A DNA stretch of 64,000 bases from Fimbriosthenelais zetlandica (GCA_977030845.1 OZ365115.1:9672001-9736000), one strand, 5' to 3'. Shown: positions 50,619 through 64,000, counted from the first letter of the stretch. Notes: generated by a model not told the origin, from the sequence alone. Program-made: numbers and translations.

Positions 50619-53600
50619 AATTTTATTATCTAAAAGGTTTTCTTTAGTTCGGCCTTAGGAGGTGTGTTTTCTGTGATAATGAAGGTATAGTGTATCTTTG
50701 TGCAGCAGCTAAAAGGATATTCAGATGGGGTTTTATGGACCTTGCTCAACTGCCTAAATCCCATCATTGAAGCTTCCTTACTATGTATGGAGGCCAACGA
50801 AGGAAGTTCTATTCCTACAACCTCCAAATCAGTCTACCTTCTGAAATTAGTGTCTCCCTGAATATACAATTTATGTGCATTGTTGGATAGGAAGTGGAAG
50901 AAAAAAGATGAGAAGAAAAGAAATGTAAGTGTTCCATTGCTTGCGGTTCGGTCTAGACGCTATAAAAAGGGCAGAATGAATGGCGAAGCATACATATGTA
51001 GGCACGAAGCAATGGTCCGGACGGGGCGGCAATACATAATGGGAGGAGCTGGCTCAGGAAGGGGAATGGGGTTAGCAGATGGAAACCTGCTAAAGTACTT
51101 ACAATGAACTGCTACTATCCTAGAGATGGCACTGTCTCCTGTACAAAATATGACCAACATCGACCTACTTTTGCTCATAATGCAATTTTATCATGTTCAG
51201 CAATAATTTATGTATGGCAAAGTAATGGCAATTGTCTACAGGGGTTCCCTATTTTATTTCCCAGAATGTATTTACAACGATTTACCTGGGTATTTCCCAT
51301 GGTGATTTATTTACCATAGTCGGAGATAAACAAGAATATAATTGTAGTTCATAATCAAAATATGGACATTTCCATGCATGGATGTACATGTAAACACTGA
51401 TATGATCGGGTCATCATTTCAGTTCTACGACATTTCCCCAATACGTCTATTCTCCTCCCTCCCTATTTTGTCAGCCACCATTCCCTCCACCTTCCCTCAA
51501 TCCCCTACAAAACACGATGGTACGGAGGAGAGTGTAATAAATGGCAGAGAGACTGAAGCAAACAGGGTGATGGAGGAGGGAGATTTTCATTTTCCTATCA
51601 CACTAGTTTTAGCTGTCATACATCTATCCATCTCCCCATTCTGCCAAATCTGGAGGAATCGTTATCGAGTGGGGATGCAAAGAAAACTACCAACTTCCAC
51701 TCGTGTCTCTGATTCATTTTGATGGATGTGATTTTGATTGAGGCACTTTCTTTAATGCTGGAGGAAAGGGTCCATGGTGGAATGGATTATTGCCTTCTAC
51801 AGATCGATTATGGCAAGTTTTGTTTGAAGCAGTTCTTAGTGGCAAACCATGTTTCTTCAGGTATCACTGGAACCCTTCTTTTAATGTATCTGGTCGTATC
51901 TGTCATGATTGTGTTGCATATTCTTCCCCTGAAATAATTTCAAATCATAGACCTATACATTCTAAGTCCAATGACTCTGTTATCAAGTAGGACTAACATA
52001 TCTGTTTCTCCATTTAATACCAGAATAATTCATAACACTGTGTTCCATTGATAGACTCCAGGTCAACATTTTATTGATGACTTATTTGGAAAAAAATAGT
52101 CAAAGTAAAATTGTGATTGCACCTGGCGGTTTAGAGTCTACAGCAGCTGCCTCGCTGTCTTTAACCCAACTGGAAAATGGCTGGAATCAACGACTATAGA
52201 TCCGGGCTTCAAAGTGTGAAAGCCCTTGATTGAATGGAGATTTAAAGGATGGATTTCCTATTTCGGCCATAATGTTCTGTTTCCCTCCGTGTATCGATCC
52301 GAATCAAATATTTTTCCATCCCAAATAATGGAATGGGATCTTTCCCCATAAATATTCTTTGTATCCGTAACTGGGTCCACAATTAAAACGAGCTCATTGT
52401 TTTAGCTTTGGCGTCCTTCCTGTTTCAATGCATGCTGGGATTAAGAAGTGGGGGCGATATTAAGGGCATGATTGATGAAGCGGATGTGAGGCAGAGATAG
52501 CACTGTGCTTCTTCTACTGTCAGAGTTTAAATCAATGTATGTGAGGTTGATCGGAACATCACTATAATGGAATATCATTTCAGATTGGATATGTCAGATA
52601 TGATGGAGATATACTTTACTCAGTCTTGAAGGGTTGCCTCTTTGTATTGGCATAAAAATGGAACCCATTTAAAAAAGAAGTATCCCCAGTCTTTATCTCC
52701 TTCAAAATGTTCAGCTATAATCTCTTCTCCTTGGAAGAAATGGTCCACGGTCTAAGACTGGATTTACGTTGATGGGATGTAGTCGCGGATGACTGATTCC
52801 AGTTTCCATCACTCAGCACTTTAAGCATGGAAGATTGGAGTATTTAACTTTCTTTTCTGAAGATAGATTGGCGTTATCTTGAGGATCATTAAGGGTGATC
52901 AAGTATTCTGATTCATGCCTTAGTTCTTTCCTCATTATTTCGGCTTTAATATCCCAGTTTCTTACCTTTAACGTTCAATCTTATTCAATATTTCAGGCGA
53001 AAAAATTTGTTCCAACCTTGGCCCTTTCCTATCGATCACTGATCTCAAATACTGGTATCAAACCTCTCCCAAATATGTCAATATTGATCCCAATCAACTA
53101 GTACAGGGATCCATATATAGACTACAAACCATTTTCTGGGAATATTAAAATAGCTTCTCCCCATCGTCGTTTTCATGGGAGATTGAATTCATTGAATGAT
53201 TTCCAACGCATTAGGCAATATAGACATCATTCAAGGCTGCAGGTTAGTGACAATGGTGATTTTGTGAATTATTAAGGACCAGACACGTCAATCATTGATT
53301 CCATCATTCTGCTGTATTACAACCATTGAACGATCCTGGTCCGATTACTGAATAAATAATTGCATATATACACACTTTATGATACAAGGCTAGTAAAAGC
53401 TTGTTTGAATGCCTCCATATAAAAGCTAATGTAAGTGCAGTGGAAACAATGCGTCCCGTAGAGTAGACAGAGACGAAATGGCGAGCACACAAAGGATGCG
53501 ACTTTTATCATGGTTTTGTGGTCTTTTTTTATCCCTACAGCTCCCACAGTGATTGAACAGTTAGACCGGGGTAGTGGTGTGCTGGCACCCACTACAATAG

Positions 53601-54496
53601 AATATAAGAATGGAGATTGTATCACACGAGCTTTAGCTTTTATATCAAGCTTATTTTTTGTGTTACTCCTCACTTCCAGGCCAGTGGTATTGGTGCTAAA
53701 AATAGACGTGTAAGTGCTCAGTCTATAGTACATGCATGGTGTATGGATGTTTTAGATAGATCTATGTGGTTTTTAACGTGTTTCACTTTAGTTGATATTC
53801 ACTCAAGAGCTGTCAGGTTGCTCTCATGATGTGTACTCATCTAATAGTTATAGGTTTAGCCATGATGTGTAATCTAAATTCAAAACAGATACAATTCCTC
53901 AACTTCCCTTTGAACAGAACTCTGAATTATTAACACTTTGTCTCTGCTTCAATTTTCTATACAAAAACATTGCCCAAGGCATAAAGAACCTTCTGAATAC
54001 TTTATTATCTCGATTGTTTTTCAGCAACCACATTAATTATTCTTATTTCACTCTGAGTAAAGCTCTAATTCCATTATATCAATGTATACCATGTTCGCCT
54101 ATGTAAGGGATATAGTGTATTATTTTTCCTATACCTCACCCCACAAGAAACCCCCTCCTCCCTCTGCAGATCTCTACACACGCTCCAAGATGTAGCACGT
54201 GTAATCAGTGCTTATATATGGTCCTATTGTCATGATAATACTTGGGTCGCCATGGTAATACATTGGTCGCATGTCATACATATATCTAATTCCCCCCACC
54301 ATCAGAGACTAGGTTGTTTGCTCTGCGCCCTCCTATGAATACTCGATGACAGAAACACATCAATGTAAGCAATGCAGCCCCCATCCGTCTTTGATATCTG
54401 CCTCAGGAATTGGACTTTCTCTGAGCTTTGCTTATATAAGAAGGAGTGGTCTCCTCTTGTGAAAATAACACTCACTTGGGATACACTTTACCTGGT

Positions 54497-54996
54497 ATTG
54501 AAGATTGGCAATTCTTGAAAAGTTTCCTACCCATCCAATTGGAAGAATCACTGCAAGAATCAGCAGGCAATTATCCCTGGGGGGAACCCTATTGGTGTAC
54601 CAAATCGTATGAATATACTTCTGATATTGAACATTTACAATTCTTGCAAAGTTGCCAATATGTCCTCCAATATCTCGTCAATCAGGGCAGGCATGGGTGA
54701 GGGTTGTATTGCCAGTCACCTACTTGGAAGGGGATGGGGTTCCATATTCTGTCCAGGTAGATCTCAATTGTTGAATTTTGCCTTTAATTTTTGCAAAATT
54801 TCATTTCTGGCTGGAATTAATGAACTTTTCATTGATGGCCTTGTAGACAAGTTCCAATTGGAAGAATCACTGCAAGAATCAGCAGGCAATTATCCTTGGG
54901 GGAACCCTATTGGTGTACTAAATCTTAGAAATATCCTTCTGATATTGACGATTTACAATTCTTGCAAAGTTTCCTACCTGTGTCCTCCAATATCTC
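54497..54996 (+). repeat. About 143-bp direct duplication (54534-54676 and 54853-54996) plus a third partial copy (54497-54531)
   Basis: Both copies begin tccaattggaagaatcactgcaagaatcagcaggcaattatcc and end tgtcctccaatatctc. They differ by a 1-nt indel in a G-run and scattered substitutions. Confidence 0.92.
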
Positions 54997-56323
54997 TTCA
55001 GACAGTCTGGGTGGGGTGTTGCTAATTCAAACACCAAACAACATATTAAGAACAGAAATAGACTTTAATTTAAGATAATTATATTTCTTTATTTTTCTAT
55101 TTTACAGAGTTTAATATAATTTTAATAAAACGGGAATAATCTTGGTCATTTTGTATGCGACAGGTGGTTCATTAATTTTGATGGCCAATTTGTTCTACCG
55201 GGGGAATACACCGACGCCGACTGACTGTCTGGACTGGAGAGACTTTTTAGTCCATTGCCCTTATTGAATATATCCTTCAATTTAATCAGGGTAACAGAAC
55301 TGATGGTAATATGAAGTACATATAATACGTATACCTGTATCTATATAATGGTTAGTATGATGGTTCATCGATATAATTATTTTGCGAAGGGTGGATCGGG
55401 ATGAATGAATTTAAATGAATTGACTATAGTGAATGAAAGACTGGGTTAATGACTGAATAGATAGACTTTCAACAGTCTATATTATGGGTGAATTACTATG
55501 GTGAATGAATCAGTCCTGTATAACCTATACATACATTGAGAGCCGACAATATCATACAAAAAAGTAGTAATAGAAATATCAGACATCAGATATACAAATC
55601 TCCAGATGAACATTTTATTGCGTCTGTACAAAAAAAAGTAAATGAAGACAGCATCCCCAGGACTGAATGCAGCAAAAAGAGATGGTGATAACATCAGCTG
55701 CCTGCTCCTCCCCTTCCCCCCTCCCCATGCATCTAATCATAAGCCTGCATGAGGCGTTGAGATTTGCTCTCATTCCCCCATTTGCGGCTATAAATAGCCA
55801 GGGCTGGTCCAGGACTCTATGGTTAGGATGTATCAAGGGTCTGCCCCCATACTTGTAGTGCTGATCGATGCGGGTGGTGAACATATTAGCTCTATTCTGC
55901 TCTCCTTCCTATTTCCTACCCTGATATTTGATTGATATATAATGTGTAGGGTAACACGCTCGACCCATTGACGTTTCCTCTCATATGATCAAATCTGTTG
56001 CCTACGTAGTTCTTTTTCTTTCCCTCGATCTTCTTCCTTCCTTCCTTCTTTCCCTTTTCCCTTTTCTTTCCATGTTCATTTCTGTTACTGAAATAGGTGT
56101 TATCAATTCTTCTGTTATATATATGCCTACGAGATATGATTTATCAATCTTTGGAACGGAATTATTCAATATGTCTGTTCAGAATTTCTTTCTATCCCCA
56201 GGGGAGGTAACATTTCGATGTTCTTCATCTTTCACATAATTATGTATCTAAAATATCATCTTAAAATATCATCTCTATGGTATTTTGATGCGGAGGAATA
56301 GAGGATATTTTACTGCATCACGA

Positions 56324-56582
56324 TGGGAGAGGTGGGAAGGGGTAAGAGATCGGTAGAGAGAAATAGACAGAGAACGGGGGAGGGAGTTAGAGGACGAGGT
56401 ATGTAGAAAGAGATGTAGAGATAGGTAAAGAGGGAGGAAGAGAGGGAAAAGAGTGATGTACAGAGAGGTGAGTCAAGTTGATTGGAGCATGGAGCTCTAC
56501 AATAGAGGATAATAGAATTTTGCTGGATCTCGGTGAGAGAGAGGGAGAGAAAGAGGGCAGAGGGAGATAGATAGGGAGAGAC
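56324..56582. repeat. Degenerate GA-rich tract
   Basis: Long purine-rich low-complexity run, preceded by a CT-rich run at about 56010-56070. Confidence 0.8.
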
Positions 56583-57039
56583 TTGATTACTTGGTATACA
56601 CAAGTCAGGCACAGAGACAAGCAAACACTGATCTCCCACCTCAATGAGATAAAAGGGGACACGTGCCCAGGGTGTTCAATGAGGCCACATTAACATAAAA
56701 CAAGCTTCCTTTATTGTCTCCCAGAAAGTAGCGAGTTGAAACTCCCCAGGACATGGCCAGATTACAGGTATTTTAGCAATTAACTCCCAATTAGTTTCTC
56801 CACATTTTCTCTTGGGAAATAAGAGAGTTTTGGATATGGGGTGCATTCATTTGAAACAGTCAATGCTACGAAAATTAGCCGTAAAATTCCAATTAGAAAT
56901 GGTTATTGACTTTTTCAATGTCCTATCCAAATCAAGAAACTCGGGATATTGGTTTATTCATTAGTATTCCACGAGCATAGACAGCTCTTTAGGAAAGTAC
57001 CTCGCACGATTACATAGAGAATCCAGGAAGAAGGGACGG

Positions 57040-57280
57040 GGGCACTCGTGTACGTCACCCATGACGTCATCCGGAGCAAGCCTCGCTTCAAGAGCTACAG
57101 CCTCGACATGAAAAGGCAATCAAAGCGAGGCAGGAAAGTTCCCATGTTGCACCAGTACTTCCGCTAAGAATAGCAGGGCAGCTGTGTGAATATGGCCCCT
57201 AGGTGATGGATGCGAGAGCAACTGGGTCAACATCCGGGGCTTAACCACTGCTTGTGACGTCACTGCACATGCGCGAGCTG
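57040..57280. promoter_or_regulatory. CRE/ETS/NRF1-like CpG-rich module
   Basis: ACGTCA 57052; TGACGTCA 57062-57069 overlapping CATCCGG; ACTTCCG 57157-57163; GTGACGTCAC 57254-57263; GCACATGCGC 57265-57274. Confidence 0.5.
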
Positions 57281-59625
57281 GGACATGTTTAGGCGACTAT
57301 CATTCGGAAGCCATTTTAATGTTTTTGCATTGAGTTTGAATAGGGAAAGTTTGGAGAGAGGGACGACTAGAGTGGGTTTGGAAAGTCTGCATGGCATGAG
57401 GCCTGCAATGACTTTAGACCCTTTCCTGAGGCCTCTTTCAATTGGTTTATGATTAATATCTTTTAAATGAAGCTCCAGATCATTTCCAAACAGCCAGGGG
57501 CTAGGGCTGACCCTAGTGACCTTTATCATTCTTATTTTGTTTAACCCAACTTCCCTTATCTCCCGCTTCCATAGTTTTCCCTTAATTCCTTATCTTTCCT
57601 CTCAATGATTGGATAGTTTTTCTTTGCTGAGTCATCTTTCAGGTCTCCTGCTACAAATTATTTTTCCACTTCTGACTTTTATCATGTTTTTCATTCTGGG
57701 AAGGGTAAGAGGATGAGGGGGAGGAGGAGATAGGCCTGAGGGAGGACGAGTTAATTTGTGGGTCTTTCTCGTGCTTGGATGAAATAACTTTTGAATTACC
57801 AGGATGGCCATTTTAAGCGGGGACTCCTCAATATGAAAGCAATAATGTTCGCTCGGCCTTCCATGATGCCCCTGAAGGCTTATCTGTTGCTTTCTCAGAC
57901 CGCTGCACTGCATCAGGGATGTTATTGCAGCTCTAGATTAAAACTAATTGCACCAGCTCTGAATGCTTCGAGCAAAAATATGAAGGGCACCTAATTGAAA
58001 TATGATGCAAGACGTTATTTTCCTAGCTTGACGTCTTAAAAAAATAATTGATAAAAACGATAATCAAGTATATTGTATGAAGGGTGAAAACATGGTCGAA
58101 AATCTGCACATAATACAATAGTGCTTTAAAGGGAATTAATTTGTTTTTAGATTAGAATTTCAGTGTTTATAGTACCTCAGATACATGCATCACCCTGGAT
58201 TAGAAACCTCGATTAGATAATGGAAAAAATATAAAATGATATGGTATATTGAAACTATCATATTCTGACCACTTCTGACCCAGTAATCCCTTGAATAGCC
58301 ATGTTTGTAAATGGTTGTGTCAATTAGGGCGCGTTGGTTTCCCCATAGGGATTACCTTGGATCAATAAGTGGGTGTGCTCAGGGAGACGAGATATCACAG
58401 ATAAACTCAATACAAATCCATAGGGAGTTCTATACTTGATCCCCTCTAGGTCAGGAATGCAATTGACCCTTATAGTGATATGAGTTAACGAGCATAGTTA
58501 CATCTACTTATGTATTTATAAATGGCCTGACTTGATATTGATCCCTGCAGAAATGAATACAGTTCACTTTGTGAAGGCAACAACAGGGTACTGAGTTCCC
58601 TGTCAATTGTTCCAGTATTCTTAACATTGTAAGGTCAGTGACCCTTTGAATTCACTTTTAGTTCCTATTATACACTGCACCTAATAGTTTTGGGTGCTCT
58701 GTGCGTTGTGAATTATGTTAAAGTTTGTTCTTTACATTCCACTGCAAACACTTCTAAAAGCAGTTTAACTTCAAGCTTTTACACTGCACGTAGTAGGGTT
58801 GTGACTGCTCAGAGCATTGCCCCTTATGATCCACTGTTGACTGTTTCAAGCTGACATCAAGCACTGCTTCTTTGTCTTATTTCCTTAATCTAATAATTAA
58901 TAATTAATTTAATAATATCCTTACGTAACCCATTATATATGTATGGAATCCTACTCCCATTTCTTAATCAAAAACGCATATTTCATCTCTCGGCCGGTCA
59001 TCCCTCATTTGACAGCGTACCTCTGATTAGATTCCTACTCGTCCTCCCCCTATACATCGACAATACAATCTAATTAAGATGAAGGATTGTCTAAATGTCA
59101 GTCTGGGGACAATTCCATGGCGCCCATTGGATGTTAGACTCCAGCTTAACCTTGTCTATAATGATGATGTAGTGGCATATTAATACATGTGCATTTTTAC
59201 CCACTGGTATCATCAAGGCTTCATCATTCAACATTTTGAAACGGACAGATATAAAAGAGCAAAGATTCAAATTGTGAAGGCCGATTGGCGTACACGTCGG
59301 CTGGTACGTTAAATTGTGGCAAATATTGCACTTTAGAATTGTCTTGGAAATCTTAGTGTCTTATGGCAAAAGTAGAGGGTTAATATGATTTGAAATTATC
59401 AGTGTAATTTTACAAAAAATCACAATTGAAGGCATATCTGAAGGCAGAATGTAAGGGTCCAGCTGAATGGAAACAGAGACGAAATTGTAGGCAGTATCAG
59501 ACCGGCTCACTTATCCCTTCAGCACTAGATATTGTGAGACAGTTATAACATCCTTCCTGTCTCAAGTGCTAGAAAGAGAGACACACACCCACGCCTGGGA
59601 TTAGATTATAACATTGATACCCAGC

Positions 59626-59629
<4 letters not shown>

Positions 59630-59663
<34 letters not shown>
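59630..59663. repeat. (GA)17 microsatellite followed by a purine-rich tail to about 59830
   Basis: Directly visible. Confidence 0.97.
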
Positions 59664-59665
<2 letters not shown>

Positions 59666-60722
59666 TGGGGGAGAAAAGAGGGAGAAGGGATTATAGAAAA
59701 GGAGATGGGACCAGAAGTGAGAACAAGGGGAAAGGAGGAAAGATGATCAGGGGGAAGAGAAGAACATGGGGGAAGAATTTAGAGAAAGAGATAGCAGATA
59801 CATGTATGTATACCAATAAAAAGAGATAGACGAAGTCTTCATCCAGCCATATCGAGTAATGTCCCATGGCCTGTACTTTAGTGAAACCATCCTTACCTGA
59901 GGTTAGGACCTCCACAAGGACCTTTTTATTGGACGTGTTTATTCAGCTTAGATACAAGTGCAGCTCTGTCAAAAGCTTTCTGAAAGCCGGCTGCCCCAAG
60001 GTAACAGCAGAGTCATCTTTCAGACACGCAAGATGGGCTCTGTAATCCTAACCTGTTCTCCTCTGTTCTTTCGGATAAAATAAATAGGCTTTGGATAAAA
60101 AGATTTTCAAAAATGCATTTTTCGTCTCTTGAGCGATATTTGATCATTGAAGGGAAGTGACTCTATGACTTCCTGAACAAATTAATTTCGGGTTGTTTAT
60201 TTAGTCCAATATTCGTGTAGGAGGGATTGCTCTTGAAAGCTGTGTCTTTCTTGGGGTCTTTGAACTTCGAACAGTAATAGCCGGGTGAATTATGTTCGTG
60301 TTTCATTCAAAGGACCAGAGGACATTCTTTTGTGTTCTTACTCAACCTGAAGTATCTCAGATTACATTGTTGGAAGTCTTTAGTTACTTGTGGTGGATTT
60401 GTACTACTTCACTGACAGTTCTTCTCTTCTCGTCTTGAAGCATCTTCACAGTGTTCCGGCAACCCTGATTACAGGGAATTTCATTCTTAGTAACTTGGAA
60501 ATCGCAAGAATTGCAATGCAAAAATCCAAAGTGTGCTTACCCCATAACCGTTATTCATAGCAGGTAATTGGGAATTTCATTACTCTATCAGTGATTAATC
60601 ATGATATAGGAACATATCAGGGTTGCTGAATATTTCCCCTCAAACCACCATTTATAAATAGAAAAGTGGTAAGGAGAACCAGCCAATACAAACCTATGAC
60701 ATATCAGCCACTCGGGTACACT

Positions 60723-60902
60723 GTTTCCATGGAAACCAGCTCCGTTAACAAGCAATATCACCATCAATATGTCAATAGATCCCATGATGCCATGTATCAC
60801 CATGACAACAAACCGAGGAGAAATTACGCGAGATCTCAACGGGATTTGCCGTGCATCAGGCAATGAATGAAATGTTGCTTTCACTGAGGTAACTATGGCA
60901 AC
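60723..60902. promoter_or_regulatory. Pair of RFX X-boxes
   Basis: Perfect palindrome GTTTCCATGGAAAC 60723-60736 and GTAACTATGGCAAC 60889-60902. Confidence 0.45.
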
Positions 60903-63900
60903 GTCACCCCCTCACATGTTTATTTATCTATATGTCTTCATCGTTTTAATCAAACTGCTGTGCAGCTGCCAATTATTTGGAAGTAATATATGGGCTAGTT
61001 TAATGGTTTCTTAAGAGGCTGGATTTGCCTTGATCGATTGGTTAATCAGAGTTGGAATGTATACAAACTCTTCACTGCTGAGGATATTTCTTATATTTCC
61101 TGGCATTACCCAAAAGGAGAAATGTGCAGCTCAATTCCCCTCATCTATGAAATTAGGAGAATTTCTTGTTGCTACAAATAATACAAATATCTAAATTCAA
61201 ATAATCATTGATGCGTCTGAAGCATGGTAGCTGTAGATGTTTTCAAATAATATCTTGTATGCTATCCTGTACATGATTCATGGCTTGCATGATTTTTCAG
61301 AAAGCTATCGTACTACAGACGCCTCCACATTTCCCTTCAAACATTCCCAAATAAAGACCAGCACATGCTAGCAACATCTCAGGAGGTTACTGGGCAGAAA
61401 GCGGTCATGTTTTATATCAGGCCAGCGGCCAGCTTGTTCCTGTCCATATTGATTTCTTATCTTCCCTGCCAATTACATAAATCTTACTGGAAAACCAATT
61501 CTGCCAGTCCATACACCCCAAGCAGGATACAAGACAGAATTTGTTGCCAGCTTTAATACTAAACTAAAAAATGAAAAGTGGCATGAGTCTAACAAGATAA
61601 GAGACACTATTTGTCCTGGTAATTTCTCTTTTTTTTGCTCAAAACAAATCAAATTTAGTGAGACTTGGTGCTTAAGTCAATCTGTGGATAGATATATCAT
61701 GTGATTGATGTCAAGCATAATTCTGAGTTATAAAGGAAGACAAGAGAAGGGTGTGGTGCGCAGGGTCTTTTAACTTTGTTAAAAAACAGGATATAGTTGG
61801 CACGTATATGTCTTGGTCTAAAAGCCGACGTTGGGAATATTCATCATTTACGGTCTGTTACTTCAGTGTAGCAGGCGTAAAACAAGGGGTTCGGTGTAAT
61901 GTACAAATCTGTCTTCTCAATTCTAAATAAAGTGTATGCCAAAGCAATCACTTTCAAATCCATCACTCCAGAACAAATATTGAAAAAAATAACGGCTTGC
62001 CTAGCTCGGTCTAGTACAGGAAGAACCTGTGAGACCTCTCGGGACCCCGTCTCACCCATCAAGCGAGGCAGTACTTCAGCGTGTGAAAGCTTTCGGGCCT
62101 TAAACGCTCCATACCCCTCAATCACATGATGAACATTAGCCAATAGAAAGCCAAGCCATGTTGGCAGCTTTCCACGGCAGGGGGAAGCACTATTAGCCTG
62201 GAGGGAGGGCCGCAATGGGTCCGACCTCTGTGTCGGCTTGACAGCTTAAAACTGGGTGCAACCTTAACAGGCACATTTCTCATTGCTCAAAAGAAAGCTG
62301 CTACTTTTGATACACAAACACAACCTACTGACTGATCTCAGCAGCTCCCCTGTTAAGAGTTCATTTCTGTTTTGAGTAGGACTCAAAAAGAATTGGCATG
62401 ATAAAAATTCTAGCAATAATTGATGAGCTGATTTATATTATGGGCTTCAAAACAGTAACCCATTGAGAACTAAATCTTTGATTCTGAAAGGAATATAAAC
62501 TTCCTATTCTCTTAAGTCCGGATTGTTCTTGATAGCGTTCGTTATGGGTTTAAAAGTTGTCGATCCAACTTTAACAGCAGCTGCTGCCGCCCTGATGGAA
62601 CCAGGAATAGTCTCTGCCACAACCGATCATGTGGAAATACCTTTAAGTGCTTTCCATGATTACAGTCAAAAAACTGTTCTCTTTTCTTAAATGAAGATAA
62701 GAAGTTTTTCTTTCATCAATTTTCCTTGGTGATTATGCCATCAAAGTCCATTCCTTTATCCGAGTGATTATCTAAGTTTTTTTTATCACTCCCGTGAAGA
62801 TGAACAAGTGGCACATCACTCCTTACTCCTCTTACCCTTCCAGAGAATAAAAAAAATACCATTTCTATCACTGACAAGAAGCTGAGACTCCTGCAAGCAA
62901 TTTCTTCCTGGCAGCAAGCCAAGACTGTGAACTGACCATGACAAAGTATGCAATTCCCCTGGCCCATGTCCACATTGACCATCTTGACCACTAATTCAGA
63001 ATATGAATGGTCAGTGCCTCCCACCTCGCCCCTCTGGCTAGTTATCTGCCATCCAGTTGGCCTGTTTCTACGCTGCTTATTAGAACCCTTAACAGGGTCT
63101 CTTTCCTTATAATTCTGCCATGCAGACTTCTGTCTTAGATAATATCGTAAATTAATTAATATCTTAGACATTGATTACATTAAAAATATTAATTCCGGTC
63201 CAAAAACCTATTCCCCAAGTTAATTAAACTTTGAATTATTTCCAACTGAAAAACAAGTCTGTCACTTCTTCAAATCAATGGATTTTGGTTGGAAATTTAG
63301 TTTTGTCCTTCAAACGACCTTCACAAGCTGGAAGATCGCGTGATTTGCTGAGCAGACACGCCACTCCCAATTTAATATATACTTTAGAAATATACTTTCC
63401 TCGACTATCTCATCAGAAGTTCTTCTATCACCTTGCTCTGGGTGACATCCAGTTTAATTTTACTTTCTGTACATTAAACGCCTAATTGGACGAGGGACAT
63501 CTTTTCCTTATGTACTGGTTTTGCACTTGTTCAAGCGCGATTTTTATCTTGAATTTCCACTCTACTATTACTGCTAGTAGTGTAGGTTTCTTTCATAAGG
63601 ACATCCTTCAGTTTATTATCTAGGTCAGTCTGAGGCTTTTACTGGCTTGAATCTCCTTTAATTAAGGCAGTACATTAGAAGCAATTAGAGAAGCATTCAT
63701 TTCTTAGTCATCATTATTCCTATGTTTAAGGACCCCAGGTCTGGCATATATAATGGAGCTAATGGATTTCAATGGGTTCTTCATGTAAGTGATTAATAAG
63801 CTCGCGCTGTATCAAGAAAATAGTTCCCTCTCTGCCTGCAGGCTGCCTCCCCACTTCTTGTGGAGTAGTCCGCATACAGAAAGTAGTTCCTCTCAATTTG

Positions 63901-64000
63901 TTCGCTGTAATTGAAAGGGCGAATTCAGATTATTTTAAAATGAATGGGACGCCAGCAGCACATCTTCCCGATGATTTGCTTCATTTGAGTAATTTTCAAT

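Noticed and set aside
54446-55025. LRR-like reading of the duplicated block (IEDWQFLKSF / IEHLQFLQSC / IDDLQFLQSF)
   Set aside because: The periodicity comes from DNA duplication; there is a frameshift between copies and no synonymous bias.
56202-56206. Possible 5-nt microexon ccccAG|GGGAG|GTAACA
   Set aside because: It is not frame-preserving, the donor is moderate and nothing else supports it.
56311-56332. miR-217-like TACTGCATCA; similar 9-10 nt matches to miR-183 (about 19344), miR-71 (about 34352) and miR-1 (about 61053)
   Set aside because: Only seed-length matches with no proper hairpins; expected by chance in 64 kb.
58418-58434. 15/17 match to the 19-bp minisatellite unit
   Set aside because: Compatible with chance once all unit phases and both strands are considered.
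62716-63171. 151-aa minus-strand ORF
   Set aside because: No recognisable motif, no codon-like composition and no flanking splice sites.

Overview
This is AT-rich (about 60% by eye) eukaryotic DNA, almost certainly animal and non-coding. I found no credible protein-coding region, tRNA, rRNA, CRISPR array or autonomous mobile element; the supplied ORFs are short, overlap each other and show no recognisable domains. The background is strongly CpG-depleted and is interrupted by short CpG-rich islands dense in ETS, NRF1, YY1, NF-Y, CRE, E/M-box and RFX X-box motifs. The window also holds degenerate CT/GA tracts, mini- and microsatellites, two MITE-like inverted-repeat relics and two local duplications. 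The overall style suggests an invertebrate, possibly a marine deuterostome, but that is a low-confidence guess. The strongest unexplained signal is a pair of + strand sites 28.6 kb apart (AG at 21914-21915 and 50557-50558). At each, a branch point, pyrimidine tract and AG are fused directly to a consensus donor GTGAGT, and a second donor follows 43 or 54 nt later. This is the architecture of recursive-splicing (ratchet) sites with cryptic RS-exons, and it suggests the window lies inside a very long intron of a + strand gene whose coding exons are outside the window. All coordinates and counts were made by eye.
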